From an uncultured Thermoleophilia bacterium (GTDB taxonomy: Bacteria > Actinomycetota > Thermoleophilia > UBA2241): a stretch of DNA of 64,000 nt. How positions within the stretch are numbered: position 1 is the first letter of the stretch; the number at the start of each line of letters is the position of its first letter. This document shows, piece after piece, positions 11,601 to 21,989 of this stretch. The notes below the pieces were generated by a model. It was given only the letters and a program-made list of their open reading frames with translations, ran no database searches and was not told where the DNA came from. The position numbers were made by a program, and so were the translations under genes. The stretch spans positions 32,001 through 96,000 of the forward strand of contig CAVQSP010000020.1 of assembly GCA_963715985.1 (NCBI GenBank). Reading direction: 5' to 3'.

Positions 11601-11676
11601 AAGGTCCAAGGTTAAAGGTGCAAGGTCAAGGTTTAAAAAGCTAATTTCCTTTAACCTTGAACCTTGCCTTGAACCT
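11601..11676. repeat. Inverted array of AAGGTNN heptamers
   Basis: AAGGTCC AAGGTTA AAGGTGC AAGGTC AAGGTTT, then complementary AACCTT GAACCTT GCCTT GAACCT. Confidence 0.8.
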
Positions 11677-11677
11677 C

Positions 11678-12724
11678 TTACACATACCATTCCTTGGGAA
11701 TGTCTTCTTTTTTTAATGGCTTAACCTGAAGTGTTCTTTCCGAGCCATCTGTGTTCATGACATTAATATCGACGTGTTCGGCATCTCGCCCCTGACCGAA
11801 ACGGGCCGTAATTTGGGCAGCCAAATATAAGTCCTCGGCAGAAGGCGAGCCGTCAATCAGCACTAAAGGTCCGATATGGCTCAAGCTATTCAAACTGATA
11901 AAGTCCTTTTTATAGCCCTGCAAAAAGCGGCTTTCACCTTCCTCCCGTGGCGACAATGAGTTTGAAATTCGCTTTGCGGCCTGATATGCCGGCCGACTTT
12001 TAACAACATGACATCATCCAATTCGTAATCCTTGTTGCCTTGCGCTTTCCATAAATCGACCAGTTTTGCAGAATAGTATTTATCGGTCAGAAAACAGCAA
12101 CCGCCGGCCGGCTGGGCATAGTCATCAAATCCGAACTGTTCTGCCATTGACAATCTGAGGCTTGCGTGACCGTCCGGTAATATCATGGAGCTTTTCTCTA
12201 TCGACCCAGCCTTCAAGCTCCGGCAGGGTTGGGGGTAGATTTTTAGCGCATAAAGGACGCAATAATAAATCATCAGCGCCGGATTGTTTTGATACGATCG
12301 GCATTTTGGATTTACTTTGCGACATGGGTCTTTGGCCGATGACTTCACCGGTGATAATAAAGTCAAAATCATTTTCCACTAGCCATTGTTTGGCCTTATT
12401 CACCATGAAAATTTTACAATCCAGACAAGGATTCATATGCGCGCCATAGCCGTGCTTGGGATTAATCAGCACATTTTTATATTCTTCGATAACATCGATA
12501 ATATGCAGTTTTATCCCTAACTGTTCGGCAACCCATAAGGCGTTATTGCGCTTGGGTTTGGCTTTATCATTTTCACGAATGGCATGGGTATGGCCTTCTA
12601 CACAAAAACCCGTAAAAAAATTAATTCCTTCGACATGAACGCCCTGTTCCATGACCGTCTTTGCGGCCAGCATTGAATCCAGGCCCCCGGAAATCAATGC
12701 GACTGCTTTTCTTTGTTTATTCAT
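11678..12724 (-). CDS. PP-loop ThiI/MnmA-like tRNA sulfurtransferase family protein (two frameshifts)
   Basis: SGGLDS, NPCLDCK, TGEVIGQRPMSQ, PAGGCCFLTD, GRH; pieces in ORFs 12125-12784, 11890-12372, 11678-11956. Confidence 0.82.
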
Positions 12725-12844
12725 TACATTGTTGTGTCTAAAAATTAGGCTATTATACCCAGATATTTTTTTATAGGGCTTCAACTTGTCCGGTTGATAA
12801 GCCGGCGCATAAATACAATCTTATTCCTTACGATGGAACTTGCT

Positions 12845-13416
12845 ATGGAACTCAAAGAGTATTTAAAAATCCTTGTTCATCACGATGGCTCTGATCTTTA
12901 CTTGACCGTAAAGGCGCCGCCGGTTGGCAAATTTGATGGCGTATTGAAACCGCTCGATCACATTGAGTTGACCAAAGACAGATTAAAGGAAATCGCCTAC
13001 AGCCTGATGGATGACGATCAGCAAAAAGCGTTTGAACAACTTCCTGAAATGAATTTGGCCATTTCCGAGCCGGGAGTTGGCCGTTTTAGAGTTAATATTT
13101 TTAAGCAGCGCAACTGTTTCGCATTGGTGATTCGCAATATCAAATTAAAAATTCCCAGTGCGGATACACTCCGCTTGCCGCCGATTTTGAAACAAACCAT
13201 TATGGAGAAGCGGGGGTTAATTTTGTTTATCGGCAGCTCCGGTTCGGGTAAGTCAACCTCTCTGGCCGCACTGATTGACCATCGCAATATCAATGCTTCC
13301 GGTCACATTATCACCATTGAAGATCCCATCGAATATATTCATCCACACAAAAAATCACTCGTTAATCAGCGAGAAATCGGCGTCGATACCCTAAGTTATG
13401 AGGATGCCCTTAAACA
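12845..13416 (+). CDS. pilU: PilT/PilU-family type IV pilus ATPase (PilU-like), cut at the junction
   Basis: GSDLYL, GRFRVNIF, Walker A GSSGSGKST, TIEDPIEY, NQREIGVDT; ends before Walker B. Confidence 0.88.
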
Positions 13417-14293
13417 ATCGTCCCAGAGGAGGTCGGCGGCGTTCCACGCGGTGCACACGGGAACGCCGAGGGCGTCGACGGCATCAAGGAAGAGCTCGTA
13501 GTCGCCGGCCGCGCGGACGGCGCTTCCGGCGAGGATCACCGGGCGCTCGGCCGCGCGCAGGCGGTCCAGCGTCTCCCGTGCGGCCGCCCCGGCGGCCTCG
13601 CGGTCGAAGCGCCCGCAGAAGGCGCCGGGAGCCTGCGGCGCCGGCGCGACACGTGGCCGAGGGGCAGCGCAGGCGAGCTCGCCCCGGCTCTCTCCGTCGC
13701 CCGCGCCTCGACCGTCTTGCCCATCGGTGGACTCTGCCGGGCCGAACTCAGCCAGCCTCTCCGGCTCGATCTGCGCCGCCTGCACGTTCAGCGGGACGTC
13801 AAGCCACACAGGTCCATGGCGCCCGTGAGTGGCCAGCCAGATCGCCTTCTCGACGTGATAGCGAGCCGTCGCCGGGTCGACTATGCACGCCGCGTACTTG
13901 GTGATCGGGGCGACCAGGCGCACGATGTCGGCTTCCTGGTCGCCGAGCTGGCGAAGCGGCAGATCGGTGCTCGCCACTGTGGTATCGAAGCGGACCTGGC
14001 CGGACACATACAGGGCCGGCACAGAGTCGTGCCACTGGCCGAGCACCCCCGTGATCGCGTTCGTGCCACCGGGCCCCGTGGTCACGCACGCCACGCCCAG
14101 CCACCCCGACGTGCGCGCATATCCCTCGACCGCGATCGCGCAGGCCTGCTCGTGGTGGCAGAACGACGAGCTCGAGGTCGTCGCGAAGGCCTAGGGCGTC
14201 GTCGAGATGCATGGCGCCGCCGCCGGTCACCATGAAGACATGGGTGACACCCAGGGCGGCGATGTGCTCGGCGATGTAATCGGCGACTCTCAT
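13416..14293 (-). CDS. ThDP-dependent acetolactate-synthase-like enzyme (YerE-like), frameshift near 14165, C-half cut at the junction
   Basis: VFMVTGGGAMHL, HHEQA, VTTGPGGTNAITG, LRQLGDQE, PITKYA, GPVWLDVP. Confidence 0.88.
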
Positions 14294-14298
14294 CACAT

Positions 14299-15188
14299 TC
14301 ACCTGTCCGTCAGCAGCACGTCACGGTCCAGCTCATCGCGACGTCCTCGTACCATTCGAGCAGACGTCGCACGCCTTCGTTCATCGGCACCGGAGCGAAG
14401 TCCGGGAGTGCCGCGCGCAGCTTGGCGCCGTCGCCCGCATACGCGGGGCCCATGCCGGCCTCGGCCACGACCACCGGGACACTGGCGCCCGCGAGCTCCA
14501 CAACGAGGCGCGCCAGTTCCTGCAGCCCGACCGGGGCAAGTGGCGTCACATTGTAGGCGCCGGCCGGAAGTCCTCCAGCCACTTCGCCGGCGAGCGCGCG
14601 CTCGACGACGTCCGCGACATCGTCCACCCACACGTAGCTGAAGAGACGATCACGCCGGAGCGTCACGGGAAGGCCGAACAGCACCTTGCAGCAGGCGTTG
14701 GAGATGAATCGGATCGCGTAGTCTTCTTCAGGCCCGAAGACGCCGAACGGCCGGAGTTCCACAGCGTCCTGGTCCCCGCCGAGATGGAGCGCCTCGACGT
14801 ACTTGGAGAACCCGTGTTCATCTTCAGGAACGACCACGCCGAGGTCCTCCTCGCGGGCGCTGCTGATGGAACGATGCGCGCCGTACACGGCCCCTGAGCC
14901 GAGCACCACCAGACGGCCGAATTCCGCGCGGCACCGCGTGAGCGCGAAGAACTGGCGCAGGTTGTCGTAGGCGAGTGCTGCGGTGTCCGCAGCGTTGCGG
15001 TGGCCCGGCTTCACCGCGGCGTGGACCACGGCGTCCACGCCGTGTGCAGCGAACCACGAGCGCACCGCCTCAGCATCTGTGAGCTCGAGCTCGCTGTGGC
15101 TGGGAGCAAGTACCTCGTGCGTCCCTGAGAGGCGTGTTACGACGTGCCGCCCGATGAAACCCGAGCCTCCCGTGACGAGGATCCTCAC
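14299..15188 (-). CDS. NAD-dependent epimerase/reductase (extended SDR); probable frameshift near the 3' end
   Basis: VTGGSGFIG, GSGAVYG, HGFSK, FGVFGP, SYVWVDD. Confidence 0.88.
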
Positions 15189-16477
15189 GCCGTTCCCTGC
15201 GCCTCGTCGACTACCGCCGGGGGAACGTCAGCCGAGTCGCCGCCAGGCTGCTTCTTCAAGACGAGCACGATCAGCGACAGCAGGGCGAGAGGGTAGGCCA
15301 AGGACGAAACACTGACCCACGAGACCGCTCCCCAGAATCGAAGGTAGTGGTAGTCCAGCGGCACCAGGAGTATCCCGAACAAGCAGGCGACGGCCGCGTT
15401 TCGCACGCCGGTCCTCGTGGCCGCGACGAACAGAGACAGCGGCAGCAGCACGTGGATGAGCGTGTAGTCCATCGACTCGTACGGTAGCACCAGGGCGCAG
15501 GCCGTGAGGGCGGTCGCCTTCTGCCAGTCGGCCAGATCCCCCCGCATGAGCCTCCGGACCACCAGCAGTACGACGACCAGTGCAGCAAGCAGGTAGATGC
15601 GTCTGTCCGGCAACCATGTATAGGCGTAGTCCGTCCACCGCGTGAAGCAGATGACCCACGACCATAGGCTGTGATTGTGGCTCGCCAGACCGAGAATACC
15701 CGTGCTGTCCACGTGCCCTCCGAGCGTGGCCACCCAGCTGGTCGCCACACGCACGAGCGAGTAGCCGGACACAAGGCTGACGGCGAGCGCCGCAGTTGCG
15801 GAGCTGACGACGGTCGTCACGACGCACCAACACGCCTGGCGCCACTCGCGGTCCAGGAGGAGGAGCACGAGGAGCGCGACCCAGTAGTACTTCGCGGCGA
15901 TCGCCAGGCCGAGAGGAAGCCAGGCCCAGGGCGAGCGTCGCGCGTAGTAGAGCCAGAAGAAGGCGGCAAGCAGGATGAACACCAGCATCTCGAGGTTGCC
16001 GCGGTCGATGACGAACAGCGCGGGGTAGGCAAGAAGGGTGAGGATGGCCACATGAAGCGCGCGCACCAGCGGGTCGGCGCGGAGCGTCGCCGTCGTCCAG
16101 CGCCACAGCAGGAGGACCAGCACGACCAGAAACGCTCCTACCAGCAGCCCGAACGCCACCCAGGAAGGGACGAGCGTCGCCGCCGACATGACCAGGTGCA
16201 TGAGCGGCGAGTAGACCATGTTCTCCGACACACCCGGCCGGAACTCCTGCGCGTGTCGGTACACATTGAAGAAGTCCATGAACCTGTCCTTCGGCGAGAA
16301 CAGGAACGTGGTGTACGGATAGCGGGCATGCACGTAGGCCGCCATGACGTAGTGGAAGACGATAGAGGCCATCGTGCCGCACAACACGATGAGCACCACC
16401 AGCGACAGCGCTGGATTCCGCCCCGCAGGCATGGCCGCCTCGACCGGAGCGGGCGTTGCCTCGGCGTCCGAGGCCAA
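15185..16477 (-). CDS. GT-C fold membrane glycosyltransferase (GT87/DUF2029-like)
   Basis: Multi-TM; DRFMDF, VYSP, IDRGNLE, AIAAKYY, DYTL motifs. Confidence 0.75.
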   Translation of the reverse strand: MASDAEATPAPVEAAMPAGRNPALSLVVLIVLCGTMASIVFHYVMAAYVHARYPYTTFLFSPKDRFMDFFNVYRHAQEFRPGVSENMVYSPLMHLVMSAATLVPSWVAFGLLVGAFLVVLVLLLWRWTTATLRADPLVRALHVAILTLLAYPALFVIDRGNLEMLVFILLAAFFWLYYARRSPWAWLPLGLAIAAKYYWVALLVLLLLDREWRQACWCVVTTVVSSATAALAVSLVSGYSLVRVATSWVATLGGHVDSTGILGLASHNHSLWSWVICFTRWTDYAYTWLPDRRIYLLAALVVVLLVVRRLMRGDLADWQKATALTACALVLPYESMDYTLIHVLLPLSLFVAATRTGVRNAAVACLFGILLVPLDYHYLRFWGAVSWVSVSSLAYPLALLSLIVLVLKKQPGGDSADVPPAVVDEAQGTA

Positions 16478-16478
16478 C

Positions 16479-17864
16479 TCAGCCCCCGTCCGGCAGACCC
16501 GGCCTGGCCGTGGCTGCGACCAGCGTCTCGGCGACGTACTCCAGCATCTCGGCGGTCATCCCCGGGTACACGCCCACCCAGAAAGCGTCGTTCATGATGC
16601 GGTCGGTGTTCGGCAAGTCCCCGGCCACCCGGTAGCCCGGCGCGAGGCCGCCTGATTCGACGGCGACGCGCATGACATCGAAGCAGGGCTGCCGCACCAT
16701 GTTGCCGGCGAAGAGCATGCGCGTCTGGATCTTCGCCGCCTCGAGGCGGGCCACCACGGTCGTCACGCGTGAGGCCGGCGGCTGCGGCCTCGGCGGTCAG
16801 CTTCAGCAGGAGCCCGAACCAGCTGGGCTCGCTGCCCAGCGTAGCTTGCTGCGCCTGCAGCAGGTGCGAAACCGGCGCGAGGAGGCGAGTCAGCGTCGCG
16901 TGGTGCTCGCGCCGTAGCCGCGTGAACTCCGGCAGGCGGGCCAGCTGGGCGCATCCCACCGCCGCCTGCATCTCCGTCACCTTGAGGTTGTAGCCGAACT
17001 CGGAGAACACGTACTTGTGATCGTAGCCGAAGGGCAGGGTGCCGAGCTGATGACTGAAGCGATGGCCACAGTGATTGTCCTCACCGCTGCGGCAGACGCA
17101 GTCCCGACCCCAGTCGCGCAACGACGCGACGATCTCGGCGAGCTGGGCGTCATCGGTGTAAACAGCGCCGCCCTCGCCGAGCGTCATGTGGTGCGGCGGG
17201 TAGAAGCTCGAGGTGGCGATGTGCCCGAACGTGCCGGTCAGTCGCCCGCGATACAGCGACCCAAGGGCGTCGCAGTTGTCCTCGATGAGCCAAAGGCCGT
17301 GCCGCTCGCAGAACGCCTGCACGGCCTCTACGTCGAAGGGGTTGCCCAGCGTGTGCGCGAGGAAGACGGCCTTGCTGCGAGGTCCGACAGCGTCTTCCAG
17401 CGCGTCGACATCCACGTTTGCGGTGTCGGCGCGCACGTCGATGAACACGGGGACGGCCCCGTACTGCACGATCGGCGCGACAGTGGTCGGGAAGCCCGCG
17501 GCGACCGTGATGACCTCGTCGCCCGCGACCGATCCGCCGCCCTCCAAGCCTCTCGCGAGGTCAGCGCCATGAACGCGAGGAGGTTGGCCGATGAGCCCGA
17601 GTTCACGAGCAGGCAGTGGCGGACACCGAGATACGCGCCGAGCTCGCGTTCGAAGCGTTCGGAGTAGCGGCCGTAGGTGAGCCAGAAGTCCAGAGCCGAG
17701 TCGACGAGAAGGTCGAGCTCCTCGGCGCCGAAGACGCGGCCGCCGTAGGGGACCCGCGTCTCGCCGGGCACGAAATCCGCCGACTGCCCCCACGTGGCGT
17801 CGTGGTAGTCCGCCACCAGAGCGCGGATCTGTGCACGCAGGTCGTCGCTGCGTGAAGCGCTCAC
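16479..17864 (-). CDS. rfbH: CDP-4-keto-6-deoxyglucose 3-dehydratase E1 (RfbH/DdhC), two frameshifts
   Basis: VNSGSSANL, EDNCDALG, SFYPPHH (His in place of the PLP Lys), Fe-S motif DCVC..GEDNHC, YDHKY. Confidence 0.93.
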
Positions 17865-19018
17865 GAATGCTCCTTCGCGCCGACCCACGAGGCACCGGCG
17901 CGCCCAGCCGCCTCACAGTACCGCGCGATGTCGTCACCGCAGAGGGCGCGGAGCCGCTCAGCAGTGGCGCCCTCCGAGAACTCCCTGTACCAGCGCACGG
18001 ACGCCGCGACGGCCTCGCTCGATACTCCAGGCCGGACGCCAGCCCAGCTCGCTCTCGGCCTTGCGGGATCGAGCAGCAGGAGGCCGGCTTCGTGGGGCTG
18101 CGCCGCAACCTGCTGCACCGGGCGCCACTCCCCCACCCCCCATGCGCTCACCACGGCCTCGACGACCTCCCGCACGCTCAGGATGGAATCCATCTGCGGG
18201 CCGAAGTTCCAGGCGCCGGCGGCCAGCCGCGCGTCACCGGCCATACCGAGCCTTCCGTTCCAGAGTGCGGCAGCGAGACACAGGTATCCCGAGAGCGACT
18301 CGAGGACGTGCTGCCAGGGGCGCACCGCGCCCGGGCTGCGTACCTCGATGGGGACGCCCGCGACCAGTGCTCTGACACAGTCGGGCAGGATGCGGTCTTC
18401 GCCCCAGTCGCCGCCGCCGAGCACGTTGCCGGCACGGGCGGAGACCACGAGCGGGGACCTCGGAGAGGCGAAGAAGCTGCGCCGGTACGCAGCAGTCACC
18501 AGCTCGGAGCAGGCCTTGCTCGAGCTGTATGGGTCGTGCCCGCCCAGAGCGTCGCTCTCGACGTAGGCGTGCGTGGTCTCGGTGTTCTCGTAGCACTTGT
18601 CGCTGGTCACGTTGACTACGACGCGAGGATTCGTGCGCGTCACCGCGAGCTCACGCACTTGCTCCAGAAGGTTCACGCAGCCCATCACATTGGTCTCGTA
18701 CGTGAGGTGTGGTTCCAGATACGACCGCCGCACCATGGGCTGCGCCGCGAGGTGGAACACGATCTCGGGCGCGGCTTCATCGAGCGCTACTGCGAGCGCC
18801 TCACGGTCGCGCACGTCGCCGCGCAGATCGGTGACTCGTCCCTCGGCGTCTGCCACGAGGCGCAGCGCCTGCCACAGGCTCGGCGTCGTGGGCGGATCCA
18901 GCGAGAACCCTGTTACATCCGCCCCCAGGCCCAACAGCCAGAGCGTGAGCCAGGAGCCCTTGAACCCGGTGTGGCCGGTCACGAAGATGCGCCGGCCGGA
19001 GAACGCGCCTTCGAACAT
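17861..19018 (-). CDS. rfbG: CDP-glucose 4,6-dehydratase
   Basis: TGHTGFKGSWL, HLAAQP, TSDKCY, DPYSSSK, RAGNVLGGGDW, RPWQHVLE. Confidence 0.96.
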   Translation of the reverse strand: MFEGAFSGRRIFVTGHTGFKGSWLTLWLLGLGADVTGFSLDPPTTPSLWQALRLVADAEGRVTDLRGDVRDREALAVALDEAAPEIVFHLAAQPMVRRSYLEPHLTYETNVMGCVNLLEQVRELAVTRTNPRVVVNVTSDKCYENTETTHAYVESDALGGHDPYSSSKACSELVTAAYRRSFFASPRSPLVVSARAGNVLGGGDWGEDRILPDCVRALVAGVPIEVRSPGAVRPWQHVLESLSGYLCLAAALWNGRLGMAGDARLAAGAWNFGPQMDSILSVREVVEAVVSAWGVGEWRPVQQVAAQPHEAGLLLLDPARPRASWAGVRPGVSSEAVAASVRWYREFSEGATAERLRALCGDDIARYCEAAGRAGASWVGAKEHS

Positions 19019-19793
19019 CACCACGCCTTCCACGGCGCCCGGCCGGAATCCCACAGCTCTTCGAGCTGGCGCTTGTCGCGCAGCGTGTCCATCGGCTGCC
19101 AGAAGCCGCGGTGCCGGTAGGCGGCCAGCTGTCCGTCGCGGGCAAGGCCCTCGAGGGGCTCGCTGCTCGAACAGGGTGTCGTCACCATCGATGTAGTCGA
19201 GCACGGCGGGCTCCAGTACGAAGAACCCGCCGTTCATCCAGGCGCCATCGCCACGGGGCTTCTCGACGAAGGAGCGCACCCCGACCTCGTCGGACGTCCA
19301 TCTCGAGAGCGCCAAAGCGGCCCGGCGGCTGCACCGCCGTCACCGTGGCAAGGCGGCCGGCCTCCTCGTGAAAGGCAAGCAAGGCGGCAAGATCGATGTC
19401 GGCCACGCCGTCGCCGTAGGTCATCATGAAGCGCTCTCGGCCGAGGTGGGCGGCGACGCGCCTGAGACGTCCGCCGGTCTGCGTGTCGGCTCCCGTGTCG
19501 ACGAGCGTCACACGCCAGGGTTCGACGGCGTTGTCGTGCACCTCCATCCCGCGGCCCCGCAGATCGAAGGTCACATCGGAGTTGTGCAGGAAGTAGTTGG
19601 CGAAGTACTCCTTGATCATGTAGCCCTTGTAGCCCAGGCACACGACGAACTCGGTGAACCCCTGCTCCCCGTATCCCTTCATGATGTGCCAGAGGATCGG
19701 GTGATCGCCGATCTCGGCCATCGGTTTGGGGCGGACCTGGGTCTCCTCGGCGAGGCGCGTGCCCAGCCCGCCGGCGAGGATGACGACCTTCAT
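19018..19793 (-). CDS. rfbF: Glucose-1-phosphate cytidylyltransferase (frameshifts in the 3' third)
   Basis: [43 protein letters not shown]. Confidence 0.95.
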
Positions 19794-19933
19794 CTTGCCT
19801 CCAGCCCGTACGTGCCTGACGGCTTCATCGGCATCGCCAAGGGATGCCTGTAGCCCGAACAGGCGACTGGATGCAAGTTCTACGTCCGAAGTGGGAACCA
19901 TCGGCCGGACTTCGTGCCAGCCGCACCCTTCTC

Positions 19934-21973
19934 TCACGGAGAGGGCGCTGCGATCCTCCCCTTCAGGACCCAAACGAGGAGGCGAGAGCCATCCGCTGCG
20001 GGAACATCGACCGCGAGAGCGTAGCGGCCGGACGCCGTCAGCGAGTCGATGGCGGAGGCGATTTCTCGTTGGCCGCTGCGCCTTCCTCCCCGGAACGCGT
20101 CCTCATGGAAGCGCCACACTCGTTCCGGCATGTCCAAATCGACGATGGCCGCAGGCGGGTCCGCCACCAGGATCGCGGCGTCTGCCTCGGCCACGTCGTC
20201 AGGACAGACATCCCAATAGGCGACCAGGGCGTTCGTGCGCGGATAGACCCCGGTCGTCACGTAGAACATGGGGATGTTCGGAAAGCAGTACACCCACTCC
20301 CCTTCTCCAAGGGACCGGCGGAGGAGCGCATCCACCCGCTCGTAGACGCCGTCGCTCTGCGGCGAGAGAGTGAAACCCCCAAGGAGGGGGGCGCGAGGAA
20401 CGACGGTGGATTTCGAGATGGCAGGCTCGCGCCAGCCCCACCACTGATAGGGCCACGTGTAGCGCTGACCGGCACAGAGCGCCATGAACACGACGACGAC
20501 GCCGATGACGATCGCGGCGCGAAAGACGCGGCCTGCCAAGCGCCATTCCAGCAACGCACCCACAGCCAATCCGAGTGCAGGCACTGCGGCGTGGGCCTCA
20601 ATGACGTACGACATCCCGTGCGCGTACATGACCGACACGCCGACGGCCGCACACAAGGCGAACAACGGCGCTCGCCGGAGGTCTCGCCGCTGGATCACTC
20701 GCACCAGCCAGAATGCGGTGAGGCCGCATGCTGCAAAGAGCGACCAGGTGACCAGCATCTGTTTCAGCTCGAGGAAGTGCAGCGTCTGGAACTTCCACCA
20801 CAGCCATCCTGCCAGCACCGACGGCGACCACAGAAGCAGGACGGCGACACTGGATACGATCAGCACGGCCGCCGGGCTGAGTAGCCAGAGCGTCAGGCGT
20901 CGTTGTGTGCCGGGGCTTCTGACGAGCAGCCGCCAGGCTGCGACCTGGGCGACCGCGCCTATGCCGATCAGCACTGCCACCCACCACCGGTATCGCTCGT
21001 CCACGAGCCACCACCACGCCGCAGACGCCCCGGCAGCGGCCGAAAGCAGGCAGGTTCGCAACCGCGCACGCAGTTCGGCTGGGCCGTCCGCATCCCGGCA
21101 CCACCTCGCCGCGAGGACCCAACACCCACCCGCGAGTGAGAGGAGTGCGAAGCTCACGACGTCTGTCACCGTGAAGGTGTGTCGGAAGAAGCCCGCAAGG
21201 ATCGAGACGAGCGAGCCCTTGCTTGAGGCCGCTCCACCGTAGACCTGCTGCAGGTAGGGTCCAGCCGCCCTGTTCACGGCCAGCCACACGGCGACAGCTG
21301 CGGTCGGGAGCGACAAGCCCGCGAGGAAGCCCAGCGACAGCTGGAGGGCGCGGTCGGGCCGCACCCTCCAGAGCACGATGGCCACCACGAGGCAGGCGCC
21401 GACCGCCGAGAGCAACCCGGTCGTCTGCTTGGTGAAGAACGCCAGTGCCAGTATCGCGCCGGCGGCGCATGCCCACCATGTGGTGCGCGCCGGCGTTCGC
21501 GCCTCCAGACTCCTTGTCAGCAGGTACACACCCAGCAGCACGAAGATGAGACAGAGCTGCAGGTACGAGTCAATGACATCGCTCGTGTGGCTGGCGTACA
21601 CGACTATCGCCATCAGTGTCCCGATGAGAGCCGTGATCGGCTGAAACAGCCGGGCCAGGAGCACGTACAGGAGTGCGGTGAGTACCAGACGCTCGCCAAG
21701 ACCCAGCACTCGCACCCAAAGGAAGCCGTAGCCGGCGACCTTCACCAGCCCGGTGATCACCAGAGGATAGACCGGCTGGAGAAACAGATAGAAGTCCCTA
21801 TAGGGGACCTTCCCGCCGAGGATCAGGTGGGCGTACGCACTGAACCAGCCCTCCTGGATAGGGAAGAAGCGGTTGAAGAACATGAGGTGGTAGACGAGAA
21901 CCACCGAGACAGAGCAGACCAGCCCCAGACGCCACGTCAGCCGCCTACCACCGGAACGACCGTCGTCAGGCAT
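19934..21973 (-). CDS. Large multi-TM GT-C/PMT-ArnT-like glycosyltransferase
   Basis: EGWF..YA..IL.GKVPYRDF, FFTKQTTG, many TM helices, extracytoplasmic C-terminal domain. Confidence 0.7.
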   Translation of the reverse strand: MPDDGRSGGRRLTWRLGLVCSVSVVLVYHLMFFNRFFPIQEGWFSAYAHLILGGKVPYRDFYLFLQPVYPLVITGLVKVAGYGFLWVRVLGLGERLVLTALLYVLLARLFQPITALIGTLMAIVVYASHTSDVIDSYLQLCLIFVLLGVYLLTRSLEARTPARTTWWACAAGAILALAFFTKQTTGLLSAVGACLVVAIVLWRVRPDRALQLSLGFLAGLSLPTAAVAVWLAVNRAAGPYLQQVYGGAASSKGSLVSILAGFFRHTFTVTDVVSFALLSLAGGCWVLAARWCRDADGPAELRARLRTCLLSAAAGASAAWWWLVDERYRWWVAVLIGIGAVAQVAAWRLLVRSPGTQRRLTLWLLSPAAVLIVSSVAVLLLWSPSVLAGWLWWKFQTLHFLELKQMLVTWSLFAACGLTAFWLVRVIQRRDLRRAPLFALCAAVGVSVMYAHGMSYVIEAHAAVPALGLAVGALLEWRLAGRVFRAAIVIGVVVVFMALCAGQRYTWPYQWWGWREPAISKSTVVPRAPLLGGFTLSPQSDGVYERVDALLRRSLGEGEWVYCFPNIPMFYVTTGVYPRTNALVAYWDVCPDDVAEADAAILVADPPAAIVDLDMPERVWRFHEDAFRGGRRSGQREIASAIDSLTASGRYALAVDVPAADGSRLLVWVLKGRIAAPSP

Positions 21974-21989
21974 GCGGGCCAGACTCCGC

